In this document: positions 1-8,952 of the stretch, piece by piece | Layout of the letters: the number at the start of each line of letters is the position of its first letter | Position numbering within the stretch: position 1 is the first letter of the stretch | DNA from: Elusimicrobiota bacterium | Lineage (GTDB): Bacteria > Elusimicrobiota > Elusimicrobia > Elusimicrobiales > UBA9959 | Direction: 5' to 3' | Assembly: GCA_036574205.1 (NCBI GenBank) | Contig: JAINCQ010000018.1 | Coordinates: forward strand, 102,710-166,709 | Length of the DNA: 64,000 nt | Made by a program: the position numbers and the translations under genes | The notes under the pieces: generated by a model | Told to the model about the DNA's origin: nothing | Databases searched by the model: none | Seen by the model: only the letters and a program-made list of their open reading frames with translations

Positions 1-948
1 GGCTTCTGTGGTTGTGGCATATTTTATAAAACTATCTGCTGCAATTCCACTAAGAGTTTCTGATTTTATTATTGGAACTTTAAATACAAGCTTTGTTCCA
101 GCAGCCAATGTTCCTTTTAAAATCATATTCTTAATGCTTATATTACATTGAAATGCTTCTTCAACTATTGGAAAGCCGCTTAAAACTACAAATCCTGCTG
201 GACCGCTTAATGCTATTATAGGTGAAAAATATTCAATATTTGAAAAAATTCCCTGTCCAACTGCATCTATTGCAGCATCAAGCTTAAAACCTAACATATA
301 TGCTAAAGTTCCTCGCATCTTATACATATCTGCCCAGCTAAGGCGTATCTGTTCAAGAGGTTTTTCTGCCAATTTTTTTGTTATTTTTTCATTTACTATG
401 CCTTCTGCTATGCTTTGAGCTCTTTTCCTTAAATCTTTCATTTCTTTCGCTATTATTTCATCTCTCTTATTAATCATCCTGGAATATATACTTGATAAAG
501 TGGATTTATTTGTTTCAATGGTACATCTTTGCGATTGGGGTATCTCAAAAGTTTTTTCTCTACATTTTCCTCCTAACTCATAGCATACAAGATTTGGAGT
601 ATCTGGCGCTTTTATTTGAGTTGGTATATATTTTCTTGGAGCGCAGTCCTTTTTTAAATTTTCTTCATATATTTCTAAAAGTCCGTAATCAGAAAATCCC
701 ATTGTCTGGCTGTTTGATATTCTAATCAGTTTTTCTGCAGCTTCACTTATAGAACAAAACCCTTTTTCGCTTTTATTTAATGCGGAAGATTTAATTCCTT
801 GAGATTTTTCCAGAGATGGAGATAATTTTTGAGTTAAAACAGAAGGATGACTTGAGTTTTCCTCCATAACAGTATTAAAATCAGATAAATCATTTGCACT
901 TACAGTTGTTGTGGTTAGGAAAAACAATATAAAAAATAATTTTTTCAT
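1..948 (-). CDS. Secreted hypothetical protein, runs off the window (not in the ORF track)
   Basis: Manual translation from ATG at 948 gives MKKLFFILFFLTTTTVSA (Sec-type signal peptide); the frame stays open to position 1; preceded by a consensus promoter. Confidence 0.85.
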   Translation of the reverse strand, partial: MKKLFFILFFLTTTTVSANDLSDFNTVMEENSSHPSVLTQKLSPSLEKSQGIKSSALNKSEKGFCSISEAAEKLIRISNSQTMGFSDYGLLEIYEENLKKDCAPRKYIPTQIKAPDTPNLVCYELGGKCREKTFEIPQSQRCTIETNKSTLSSIYSRMINKRDEIIAKEMKDLRKRAQSIAEGIVNEKITKKLAEKPLEQIRLSWADMYKMRGTLAYMLGFKLDAAIDAVGQGIFSNIEYFSPIIALSGPAGFVVLSGFPIVEEAFQCNISIKNMILKGTLAAGTKLVFKVPIIKSETLSGIAADSFIKYATTTEA

Positions 949-954
949 AACTAT

Positions 955-982
955 ATTATAGCATCATTGCTTGACTTGTCAA
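955..982 (-). promoter_or_regulatory. Sigma70-type promoter TTGACA-N16-TATAAT with extended -10 TG
   Basis: Perfect hexamers on the minus strand; -10 ends 6 nt before the ATG at 948. Confidence 0.8.
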
Positions 983-987
983 GGGCC

Positions 988-1099
988 TGTAAGATACCTA
1001 TACATCTGGGATTTTATGAATTCGAAATTGCTCATCTAAAAAATACTCCGTCAGCGTTTTTCCGATTCAATCATTTTGGCGTTTTTCAATACCATAACT
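988..1099. repeat. Dispersed mini-element copy 1 (TGTAAGATA...TTGGCGTTTTTCAATACCATAAC)
   Basis: Aligns by eye with 4695-4783; 23 bp at 1076-1098 are identical to 4760-4782. Confidence 0.75.
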
Positions 1100-1172
1100 T
1101 AGAAAAAGATAATAAATAAATTCAATTTTTTTAGATTAAAAATTAGTAAAATAAAGTTATAAGGATTTTGTT

Positions 1173-2339
1173 ATGAATATTGAATATCAGATTGAGTTAA
1201 TAAAAAGAGGTATAGTTGAGATAGTTTCAGAAGAAGAGCTTATAGAAAAACTTAAAGAAAACAGGCCTCTTGTTGTTAAATTAGGGGTTGATCCTACAAG
1301 CCCTGATTTACATCTTGGACATAGTGTTGTTTTAAACAAACTAAGACAGTTTCAGGATCTTGGGCATAAAGCGGTATTGATAATCGGAGATTTTACATCT
1401 CAGGTTGGAGATCCAAGTGGGAGAGATTCAACAAGACCTATTCTGCCATATGAAAAAATAATGGAAAATGCTAAAACCTATAGCGAGCAGGCTTTTAAAA
1501 TACTTGATAGAAATAAAACTGAGATAAGGTTTAATTCTGAATGGCTTAAAAATTTTGTTAGTTTCAATCAGAATAGCCTGAAATTCTTTGAAGTTGCTAA
1601 AAATATAACAATATCAAGACTTCTGGAAAGAGAAGATTTCAAAAATAGAATGAAGAATGAAGATCCAATTAGTTTGCTTGAAATTCTCTATCCAATTTTC
1701 CAGGGATATGATTCGGTAGCTGTAAAAGCGGATGTAGAGTTAGGTGGACAGGACCAGATATTTAATCTGCTTGTTGGAAGAGATTTACAGAAGATGTATT
1801 CAATGAAACCTCAGATATGTATAACAGTTCCCTTGCTTGTAGGAACTGATGGTATTAAAAAAATGTCAAAATCTTATAAAAACTATATAGCCTTTAATGA
1901 TACTCCCGATGATATTTTTGGCAAGGTTATGTCTATAAATGATGAGTTAATGTATAAATATTATGAACTTTTGACAGATAAAAATATGGATGAGTTAAAA
2001 AAGATTCATCCTATGGAAGCTAAAAAAAATCTTGCTTTCTTAATGGTTGAACGATTTTATAACAAAGAAGAAGCTTTAAAAGCTAAAGAAAATTTTGAAA
2101 AGGTTTTTTCAAAAAAAGAAATCCCTGAAAATATTGATGAGTTTGTTTTATCTAAACCAATGAAAATTTCTGAAATATTAAAGGCATCTGGAATAGCTAA
2201 AAGCAATAATGAAGCAAGAAGATTTATAGAAAATGGCGCGGTAAAGATTGATGGCGAAAAAATTCTTGAGGATAAAATAATTAATGAAAAGAATATAGTT
2301 ATTCAATGTGGTAAAAGACATTTCAGGAGGTTAATATAA
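1173..2339 (+). CDS. tyrS: Tyrosine--tRNA ligase
   Basis: [19 protein letters not shown]-terminal S4-like domain. Confidence 0.97.
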   Translation: MNIEYQIELIKRGIVEIVSEEELIEKLKENRPLVVKLGVDPTSPDLHLGHSVVLNKLRQFQDLGHKAVLIIGDFTSQVGDPSGRDSTRPILPYEKIMENAKTYSEQAFKILDRNKTEIRFNSEWLKNFVSFNQNSLKFFEVAKNITISRLLEREDFKNRMKNEDPISLLEILYPIFQGYDSVAVKADVELGGQDQIFNLLVGRDLQKMYSMKPQICITVPLLVGTDGIKKMSKSYKNYIAFNDTPDDIFGKVMSINDELMYKYYELLTDKNMDELKKIHPMEAKKNLAFLMVERFYNKEEALKAKENFEKVFSKKEIPENIDEFVLSKPMKISEILKASGIAKSNNEARRFIENGAVKIDGEKILEDKIINEKNIVIQCGKRHFRRLI

Positions 2340-2340
2340 A

Positions 2341-3171
2341 ATGAATTTGATTATAATTCCTTTAATTTTTATACATAATTTTTTATTTTCACAATTGTAT
2401 GCTCAGGACATAAGTCAATATAAGAAGATGATAGAAGAAGCATTAAAAGCTCAGGACTCATCTGGAGTCGATGTTGATATAAGGATTGAAAGAGTAACTG
2501 GGGATGTAAAGGTTGTTTCTCAAGATGGAGAAGAAATTTCGCTTACAGATTCATATCAATACCCGCTTGAAATAGGCGATATAATAAAAACTGGATATAA
2601 TGGAGGAGCTAACATATATATAGATAATTTTGGGATAATAAGATTGGATAGAAATTCTGAATTTGAAGTATCCGATACATCAAACGATATGATATTTACC
2701 CTTAATTTTGGAGCAATAATATCAAAAATAGAAAAATTAGCTAAGAAGATGACTCTTAAAGTTAAAACACCTGCTGCGGTTTGTGGAATAAGAGGAACTG
2801 AGTTTGCTATAGAGGTTTCAAAACTTGGCGGAGAAAGCTCTTTTGGAGTCTTTGATGAAGGAGAAATTCATGTCTATCCTGGTGAGGAGGAAAACGAACA
2901 ACAGGTTTTAAAAGTGTTAAAAAATATGGAAGTGATGATAGATCCTAAGTCAAAAAGACAGAAAATAGTAAAAATTCAGAGAATGCTTAAATTTAAAAGA
3001 TATATTATTGAATCTAAAAATAAACTCATCACTCATAAAAGAAACTGGAAAAAATTTGATCTAATGCAAAGACAAAAATATAGAGAATTGCTTTTTAAAC
3101 GTAAGACTTATCAGGAAAAAAACAGGATTAAATCTAATATTAAATCACAAAGAAAAAAAATTAAAAAATGA
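2341..3171 (+). CDS. FecR-domain secreted protein
   Basis: Hydrophobic N-terminus; GDIIKTG and VKTPAAVCGIRGTEF FecR-like motifs; basic C-terminal tail. Confidence 0.8.
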   Translation: MNLIIIPLIFIHNFLFSQLYAQDISQYKKMIEEALKAQDSSGVDVDIRIERVTGDVKVVSQDGEEISLTDSYQYPLEIGDIIKTGYNGGANIYIDNFGIIRLDRNSEFEVSDTSNDMIFTLNFGAIISKIEKLAKKMTLKVKTPAAVCGIRGTEFAIEVSKLGGESSFGVFDEGEIHVYPGEEENEQQVLKVLKNMEVMIDPKSKRQKIVKIQRMLKFKRYIIESKNKLITHKRNWKKFDLMQRQKYRELLFKRKTYQEKNRIKSNIKSQRKKIKK

Positions 3172-3725
3172 GAACATTTATAGCATCCCAGCCAGATAAA
3201 ATTTTTATTGATAAAATAACTCAATTTGAAAAATATTTAAAGGTAAATAGAATTATTGATAAAATAAAAATAGCTTCTTCTCAAAACATTCATCTCACTT
3301 ATATTTTTTTGGGAGATATTGTTGACGAAAAAAATATAAATAATATAAAAAGTATCTTTTCTAATTTTAATAATTTACCTAAAATTAGGTTTTCAGCTAA
3401 AAAATTAGGCTTTTTCCCGTGTTTACAAAACCCGAGGGTAATCTGGGCGGATATTGATAAATCGGCTTTTAATGCTCTTATAGATATATATAAAACTATC
3501 AAAAAAACTTTGACAGATATTGGGATTTATTCTAATGAGGAATTTGTTCCACATATAACGCTTGGAAGGGTTAAAAAAAAGATATTTGAAAAGGAAATTA
3601 CCTGTCTTAAATCTTTTGAGTTTAACCAGATGGATGGAATTTTTGAAAATATCGCTCTTTTTTCAAGTGTCCTGACTCCCTCAGGTCCTATATATAACAA
3701 GTTATTTGAGGTTAAACTTATATGA
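3168..3725 (+). CDS. thpR: RNA 2',3'-cyclic phosphodiesterase (2H family)
   Basis: Two HxT motifs (HLTYIFLG, HITLGR); PRVIW; SVLTPSGPIY. Confidence 0.92.
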   Translation: MRTFIASQPDKIFIDKITQFEKYLKVNRIIDKIKIASSQNIHLTYIFLGDIVDEKNINNIKSIFSNFNNLPKIRFSAKKLGFFPCLQNPRVIWADIDKSAFNALIDIYKTIKKTLTDIGIYSNEEFVPHITLGRVKKKIFEKEITCLKSFEFNQMDGIFENIALFSSVLTPSGPIYNKLFEVKLI

Positions 3726-4675
3726 AGAAGATAATTTTGACAATTATTGCTTTATTTTTAATTACTATTTTAATTTATTTTTTTATGCCAAGGGAAAGTG
3801 TTAAGGTTTTTATTCCTGAGGGCGCTAACGCTAATTCTATTGCAAAAATATTAAGATCTAATGGAGTAGTTATCTCCTCTTTTTATTTCAAAGCTCTTGT
3901 AAAACTCACAAAAACAGATAAAAGGATAAATCCTGGAGAATATGTTTTTATGAAATATAGTCCAGCTGAAATAGTCTTATATAGAATGTTAAACCAAAAA
4001 TATTTAAACTCTATTAAAATTGTTATTCCTGAAGGGTGGCGCGCGGAACAGGTGAGTGAAAGACTTTTTAAAAATGGAGTTATAAAAAGCGAAAAGAGAT
4101 TTATTGATATGGTAAAACAGCGGAAACTTGAAGGATATCTTTTCCCATCAACATATTTTTTTAACAAGAATATGAGCGAAGAAGAGGTTATAAATCTTTT
4201 TCTTTCTACATTTGATAAAAATATAAGACCATTGTTTTCAAAATATCAATTATCAAAAGAAGAAGAGTATAAAACTTTAATAATTGCTTCAATTGTTGAA
4301 AGAGAAGCTGTTTATGATGAAGAAAGGCCGCTTATAGCGGCGGTATATCTTAACAGACTTAAGAAAAAAATGCCACTTGAAGCAGATCCTACTGTTCAAT
4401 ATGCCCTTGGATACTGGAAAAAAAATCTTACCCATGATGACCTTCAAACTCCTTCGCCATATAATACCTATTATGTTAGTGGACTTCCCCCCACTCCTAT
4501 ATGTTCTCCAGGCGTTAAATCTGTTGAAGCAGTTTTAAACCCTGCTCAAATAGATGCTATTTATTTTGTAGCTGATAATACTGGCAAGCATACCTTTAAT
4601 GTTAAATACGATGAACATATAAAAGCTAAAGAAAAAGCCAGGCGAGAAAGATTAATTGGCAATAAAAATAAATAA
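3722..4675 (+). CDS. mltG: Endolytic transglycosylase MltG
   Basis: N-terminal TM; LEGYLFP, ASIVERE, LEADPTVQY, SPYNTY..GLPPTPI. Confidence 0.95.
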   Translation: MKKIILTIIALFLITILIYFFMPRESVKVFIPEGANANSIAKILRSNGVVISSFYFKALVKLTKTDKRINPGEYVFMKYSPAEIVLYRMLNQKYLNSIKIVIPEGWRAEQVSERLFKNGVIKSEKRFIDMVKQRKLEGYLFPSTYFFNKNMSEEEVINLFLSTFDKNIRPLFSKYQLSKEEEYKTLIIASIVEREAVYDEERPLIAAVYLNRLKKKMPLEADPTVQYALGYWKKNLTHDDLQTPSPYNTYYVSGLPPTPICSPGVKSVEAVLNPAQIDAIYFVADNTGKHTFNVKYDEHIKAKEKARRERLIGNKNK

Positions 4676-4694
4676 TATTTTTCAATAAATTAAT

Positions 4695-4783
4695 TGTAAG
4701 ATATCTATATATGTTGGACTTTTTATGATTTTTAAATTGCTAATTTAAAAAACAATTTATTGGCGTTTTTCAATACCATAACA
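4695..4783. repeat. Dispersed mini-element copy 2 (TGT...ACA termini)
   Basis: Homologous to 988-1099 with an internal deletion of about 23 bp. Confidence 0.75.
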
Positions 4784-4824
4784 TATAATCCATAAGCCCT
4801 ATCATTTACTCTATGTCATGAATA

Positions 4825-4965
4825 TTACCTTTCGGGAAGGTTTAACTGTCATATACCCTCTCCTTTTTTGGAGAGGGTTGGGGTGAGGAGATTTAATTTT
4901 TCACCCTCATCCTTCACCTTCCCCCATCAAGGGGGAAGGAACAATTTGATCTTCCCGGAAGGTAA
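4825..4965. repeat. REP/MITE-like palindromic element bounded by 15-bp inverted repeats
   Basis: TTACCTTTCGGGAAG / CTTCCCGGAAGGTAA (14/15 inverted match) enclose hairpins CCCTCTCC..GGAGAGGG and CCTTCCCCC..GGGGGAAGG. Confidence 0.75.
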
Positions 4966-4991
4966 AAGATCTTCTTTTGTTGCACTAGCGT

Positions 4992-5116
4992 TTAAACTCG
5001 TGGTCAATTGATCACGGCACCTCATCGCTTGCGAACTTGCGCACGGTGGCTGTAGCAAAGCCAGAAGGAAAACATTGCCACGGATCGCCTCGTTCATACT
5101 GTATGAGTTAAGTAAC
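4992..5116. ncRNA. Candidate structured RNA or palindromic element next to the tRNA 3' end
   Basis: GC-rich island with several hairpins; no family recognised. Confidence 0.3.
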
Positions 5117-5133
5117 CGATTGTGTTTTTATTT

Positions 5134-5207
5134 TGGAGCCGACCGGGATTGAACCGGCAACCTCCTCGTTGCGAACGAGGCGCTCTCCCCAATTGAGCTA
5201 CGGCCCC
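5134..5207 (-). tRNA. tRNA-Ala(CGC), CCA not encoded
   Basis: GGGGCCG/CGGCTCC-A acceptor with G3:U70; anticodon arm CCTCG-TTCGCAA-CGAGG; GGTTCAATCC T-loop. Confidence 0.96.
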
Positions 5208-5302
5208 TTAAAAATCTCAGTTTTTATTCTGAGAGGTAGGTTTAAGTATTATTTTACTAAATTTTGTATAATTTTATATGAAATTGTCAATGGAGGAATG
5301 TT

Positions 5303-5845
5303 ATGCCGTTGGATTATTTTCCATTAAAGGAAAAAACAAGGTATGAATATGAGTTTAAAAGTAGCGAGTTTGACGGGATTGCGAAAGTCTATATAGATAT
5401 TTTAAAAGTAAGTGTAAAGGGAAAGACTACAAGCGCTGATGCAAGAATGATATTTAATTTACGGGATGAACATATTAGTATGTTTAAAATAAAAAAAGAT
5501 GGAAAATGGGTCATTACAACTGATGGAATAGTAGTTGGTGGAAGAAAGGAATTTCCTTTAAAGCCGAAAGAGGGATTTAAATGGGATGAGTATCCAGATT
5601 CCAATGAAATAGTTTCAATGACAGATAAACTTTTAATAAAAGCCGGTAAATTTTCTAATTGTTTAAAGGTTTTAACTAAAATAGCGGGAGGAGATGCGGG
5701 AATGGCAACAAGATATTATGCTCCGGGGGTTGGTTATGTTATGGAGGTATATAACGCTGAAGATAAAAATTGTTTTGTTGAATTAGTTTCAGTTTCTAAA
5801 TTAAAGGAAGAGGATATTGATATTAAAAAAAGGAAGAAAAGATGA
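5303..5845 (+). CDS. Hypothetical beta-rich protein (DUF3108/TapB-like)
   Basis: GGAGG SD; DYFPL..., KAGKFSNC, YYAPGVG motifs typical of this uncharacterised family. Confidence 0.65.
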   Translation: MPLDYFPLKEKTRYEYEFKSSEFDGIAKVYIDILKVSVKGKTTSADARMIFNLRDEHISMFKIKKDGKWVITTDGIVVGGRKEFPLKPKEGFKWDEYPDSNEIVSMTDKLLIKAGKFSNCLKVLTKIAGGDAGMATRYYAPGVGYVMEVYNAEDKNCFVELVSVSKLKEEDIDIKKRKKR

Positions 5846-7242
5846 AATCAAAAACAATAAAAGAATTTTTAAATTCTCCTTCCCCCATAAATGATATAGT
5901 TGTTATGGGATGGATTAAAACAAGAAGAGACCTTAAAAACCAATCATTTGCAGAGCTAAATGATGGTTCTACCAGACAAAACCTTCAACTTGTCATAGAC
6001 AATTTAGATCCAAAGTTTAAGAATATTTTACCCTATATTGTTAATGGGGCTTCAGTTAAAGTTTTTGGTGATTTAGTAAACTCTCCGGCTAAAGGACAGA
6101 AATATGAATTAAAGGTAAAAGATCTTTTCATTTTTGGAAAATGCGATCAGGAATCTTATCCAATTCAAAAGAAAAAAACTTCTGATGAGTTTTTACGAAC
6201 AGTGGCTCATTTAAGAGTTAGAACGAATAAGTATTCGGCAATGCTTAGGATACGCTCTGAATTAAGTTTTGCCATACACAAATATTTTAGGGATAATGGT
6301 TTTTTTTATGTTCATACTCCGATAATAACAGCTTCTGATTGTGAGGGCGCCGGACAGATGTTTTCTGTATCAGCTTTTGATATAGGAAACCTTAAAAATT
6401 TACCTGTTGATAAGCAGGGAAATATCGATTTTTCCAGAGATCTTTTTGGAAGAAGGACGTATCTTACAGTATCAGGACAATTAGAAGGAGAAACATTAGC
6501 GCTTGGACTTGGCAAAATTTATACCTTTGGACCTACTTTTAGAGCAGAAAACTCAAATACTTATAGGCATGCAAGTGAATTCTGGATGGTAGAACCTGAG
6601 ATGGCTTTTTATGATATTTATGATGATATGGAATTAGCTGAAGATTTTGTAAAGTCCATAACAAAAGATGTTCTTAAAAACTGTGAGCTGGATATAGATC
6701 TTTTTGCTAAATTTGTTGAACCAAATCTTATGAATAACTTAAAGAATGTTATTGAAACTAGCTACGAAAGGTTGACATATACAGATGCAGTTAAAATACT
6801 TGAAAAAGAAAACTCAAGATTTGAAAATAAAGTTAGTTGGGGGGTCGATTTAGCAAGCGAGCATGAAAGATTTTTGGTTGAACAATATTTTAAAAAACCT
6901 GTTATAATTTATAACAAGCCTAAGAATGTTGCTGCTTTTTATATGAAATTAAATGATGATGGAAAAACGGTAAGAGGAATGGATTTGCTTGTCCCAAGAA
7001 TTGGAGAGCTTATTGGTGGTAGTGAAAGGGAAGAAAGGCTTGATGTTCTGATAGAAAAAATGAAAGAATTTAAAATGAGTCTTGATTCATACTGGTGGTA
7101 TCTTGATTTAAGAAGATTTGGAACTGTTCCTCATAGCGGCTTTGGACTTGGTTTTGAAAGAATGATGATGCTTGTAACAGGAATAAGTAATATAAGGGAT
7201 GTTTGCGCATATCCAAGAGTTCCGGGATATGCTGAATTTTAA
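5842..7242 (+). CDS. asnS: Asparagine--tRNA ligase
   Basis: LTVSGQL, FGPTFRAENSNT.RH..EFWM.EPE, VPHSGFGLGFER. Confidence 0.97.
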   Translation: MKSKTIKEFLNSPSPINDIVVMGWIKTRRDLKNQSFAELNDGSTRQNLQLVIDNLDPKFKNILPYIVNGASVKVFGDLVNSPAKGQKYELKVKDLFIFGKCDQESYPIQKKKTSDEFLRTVAHLRVRTNKYSAMLRIRSELSFAIHKYFRDNGFFYVHTPIITASDCEGAGQMFSVSAFDIGNLKNLPVDKQGNIDFSRDLFGRRTYLTVSGQLEGETLALGLGKIYTFGPTFRAENSNTYRHASEFWMVEPEMAFYDIYDDMELAEDFVKSITKDVLKNCELDIDLFAKFVEPNLMNNLKNVIETSYERLTYTDAVKILEKENSRFENKVSWGVDLASEHERFLVEQYFKKPVIIYNKPKNVAAFYMKLNDDGKTVRGMDLLVPRIGELIGGSEREERLDVLIEKMKEFKMSLDSYWWYLDLRRFGTVPHSGFGLGFERMMMLVTGISNIRDVCAYPRVPGYAEF

Positions 7243-7270
7243 AATAATAATTTTTAACTGGAGATAGATT

Positions 7271-7825
7271 ATGAATAGAGAAAAAGCATTGTCATTATTA
7301 AAGCAATATGTAAAAAATGATAATTTAATTAAACATTGTTTAGCCGCAGAGTCAGTTATGAGAGAACTTGCTTTAAAATTAAATCAAGATCCTCAAAAAT
7401 GGGGTTTAGCTGGACTTTTACATGATATAGATGTAGAAGTTACTGGTGGAGATCTTAAAACTCATACACATAAAGCAGTTGAGATTTTAAAGGAAAATAA
7501 TATCTCAGATGAAGTCATAGAATCTATAAAAATGCATAACTGCCATGCATGGGAGAAAAAATCTGAAGAAGTTTTTCATATAGCATTGCGTGCAGCAGAG
7601 ACAATAACTGGTTTGATTGTTGCAACTGCTTTAGTTTATCCTGATAAAAAATTATCTTCTGTTAAGGTTGAATCTATTTTGAAAAGATTTAAAGATAAAA
7701 GATTTGCTGCTGGAGCAGATAGAGAAACGATAAAAGAATGTGAAAAATTAGGATTCTCTCTAAATGATTTTGCAGCCATCTCTCTTTCAGCAATGCAAAA
7801 AATTGCGGGCGAGTTGGGATTATAA
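7271..7825 (+). CDS. HDIG-domain metal-dependent phosphohydrolase
   Basis: KHCLA, GLLHDID, KDKRFAAG. Confidence 0.85.
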   Translation: MNREKALSLLKQYVKNDNLIKHCLAAESVMRELALKLNQDPQKWGLAGLLHDIDVEVTGGDLKTHTHKAVEILKENNISDEVIESIKMHNCHAWEKKSEEVFHIALRAAETITGLIVATALVYPDKKLSSVKVESILKRFKDKRFAAGADRETIKECEKLGFSLNDFAAISLSAMQKIAGELGL

Positions 7826-7837
7826 TTAATAAAAAAT

Positions 7838-7863
7838 AAAGGGCTTCATTAGAAAAGCCCTTT
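7838..7863. terminator. Probable (bidirectional) intrinsic terminator
   Basis: AAAGGGCTT-N8-AAGCCCTTT between convergent genes. Confidence 0.7.
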
Positions 7864-8008
7864 CATTAAATTGAGGGATGCGCTTTATCCCCTTTTATTT
7901 ATTACCCTTACTGCTACTGTCGCCGTTATCACCTTGTCTATTTCTTATGATTTTTGCCAGAAGTTAATTAATTTAATTTTGTATTATGAATAAGAAAAAT
8001 GGTTTTGT

Positions 8009-8869
8009 TTAAAATAACGTCAATATACTGCTTTCACCAGTTTTAATTGTATTTTCTATCCAGGTTTTTACCGCGCTTACTTTTGAATATACTCCATATT
8101 TCCCCTCTCTTGCGCATCCTTCTCCCCAGCTAACAACCCCAACAAGATATGCTTTAGATGAAGTTTTATATACCAGTGGCCCTCCACTGTCTCCCTGACA
8201 TGAGTCTTTTCCACCGGTTGCATATCCTGCGCAAATCATTCTATCAGTTATTTGATTGGGGTATGCTTTTGAGCATGTTGTTTTAGAAACTAATGGAAGA
8301 GTTACTTTTTGAAGAGTATTGGAAATATCTCCATCTTCTTTGGTTAATCCCCATCCTGCAACGGTTAAATTGGTTCCTTCTATTAGTTCCAGTGTTATTA
8401 AATCAATAGTTGGCGAAGTAGATTTAGCATTTAATTTAATCAAAGCATAATCATAATCCATAACATCAGAATTCCAGTTTGGATGCTTTATTATTTTTAC
8501 TGGAGAAAACCTCTGTCCTATATCAGATAAATTTGTTATTCCAGTAACTATTGTGGTAGGCGTTATTCCATCTACGCAGTGAGCTGCTGTTAAAACCCAA
8601 TCCGGAGCTATTAAAGACCCTCCGCAAAAGTGGCCGTAATAGTAATGCTGAAGGGAAACTATATATGGAAATTCTGAGTTTTGAGCGCTAACGCCTCCAA
8701 CAATCTTTGAAATTTTATTTGTTTCTTCAATAAAAGAATTTGGTTGAGGGATCTCAACTTTTGGAATCTGAAGTTTTGTAGGATTGTCAAAATTTAAATC
8801 CTGCGATGTTAGTATTTGATAGTTTAAAATAGCCCAGATTATAAGTATTGTTTTCTTTATTTTTCTCAT
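8009..8869 (-). CDS. Secreted trypsin-like serine protease (S1A) with propeptide
   Basis: Signal peptide; K/IVGG; CGGSL..WVLTAAHC, DYALIKL, GKDSCQGDSGGP (Asp189-type pocket). Confidence 0.95.
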   Translation of the reverse strand: MRKIKKTILIIWAILNYQILTSQDLNFDNPTKLQIPKVEIPQPNSFIEETNKISKIVGGVSAQNSEFPYIVSLQHYYYGHFCGGSLIAPDWVLTAAHCVDGITPTTIVTGITNLSDIGQRFSPVKIIKHPNWNSDVMDYDYALIKLNAKSTSPTIDLITLELIEGTNLTVAGWGLTKEDGDISNTLQKVTLPLVSKTTCSKAYPNQITDRMICAGYATGGKDSCQGDSGGPLVYKTSSKAYLVGVVSWGEGCAREGKYGVYSKVSAVKTWIENTIKTGESSILTLF

Positions 8870-8912
8870 AATTCCTCCATATTTATGTTTTAATTATTTA
8901 TTTTATTTTTTC

Positions 8913-8952
8913 AAGTACAAAACGACTAAATCAATTTAGGCCTTAAGTCCTA
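8913..8952. promoter_or_regulatory. Palindromic operator TAGGCCTTAAGTCCTA (8937-8952) plus a weak promoter-proximal copy 24 bp away
   Basis: Same motif and spacing at 16486-16525 upstream of the second protease. Confidence 0.6.

Noticed and set aside
492..725. 77-aa plus-strand ORF
   Set aside because: Antisense shadow of the longer signal-peptide ORF at 1-948
1100..1172. T-box leader for tyrS
   Set aside because: Leader too short and AT-rich; no GGTGGNACCGCG T-box motif or terminator
1076..4782. The identical 23-bp repeat as a CRISPR repeat or attL/attR pair
   Set aside because: Only two copies 3.7 kb apart, enclosing housekeeping genes; no spacers, cas or integrase; homology extends beyond the 23-mer
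5133..5327. 64-aa ORF MEPTGIEPATSSLR...
   Set aside because: Typical antisense translation of a tRNA gene
7875..7960. Purine-rich minus-strand stretch (reads ..IIRNRQGDNGDSSSKGNK*) plus a small GGGAT..ATCCC hairpin
   Set aside because: No start codon or SD and no recognisable RNA family; possibly a gene remnant but unsupported
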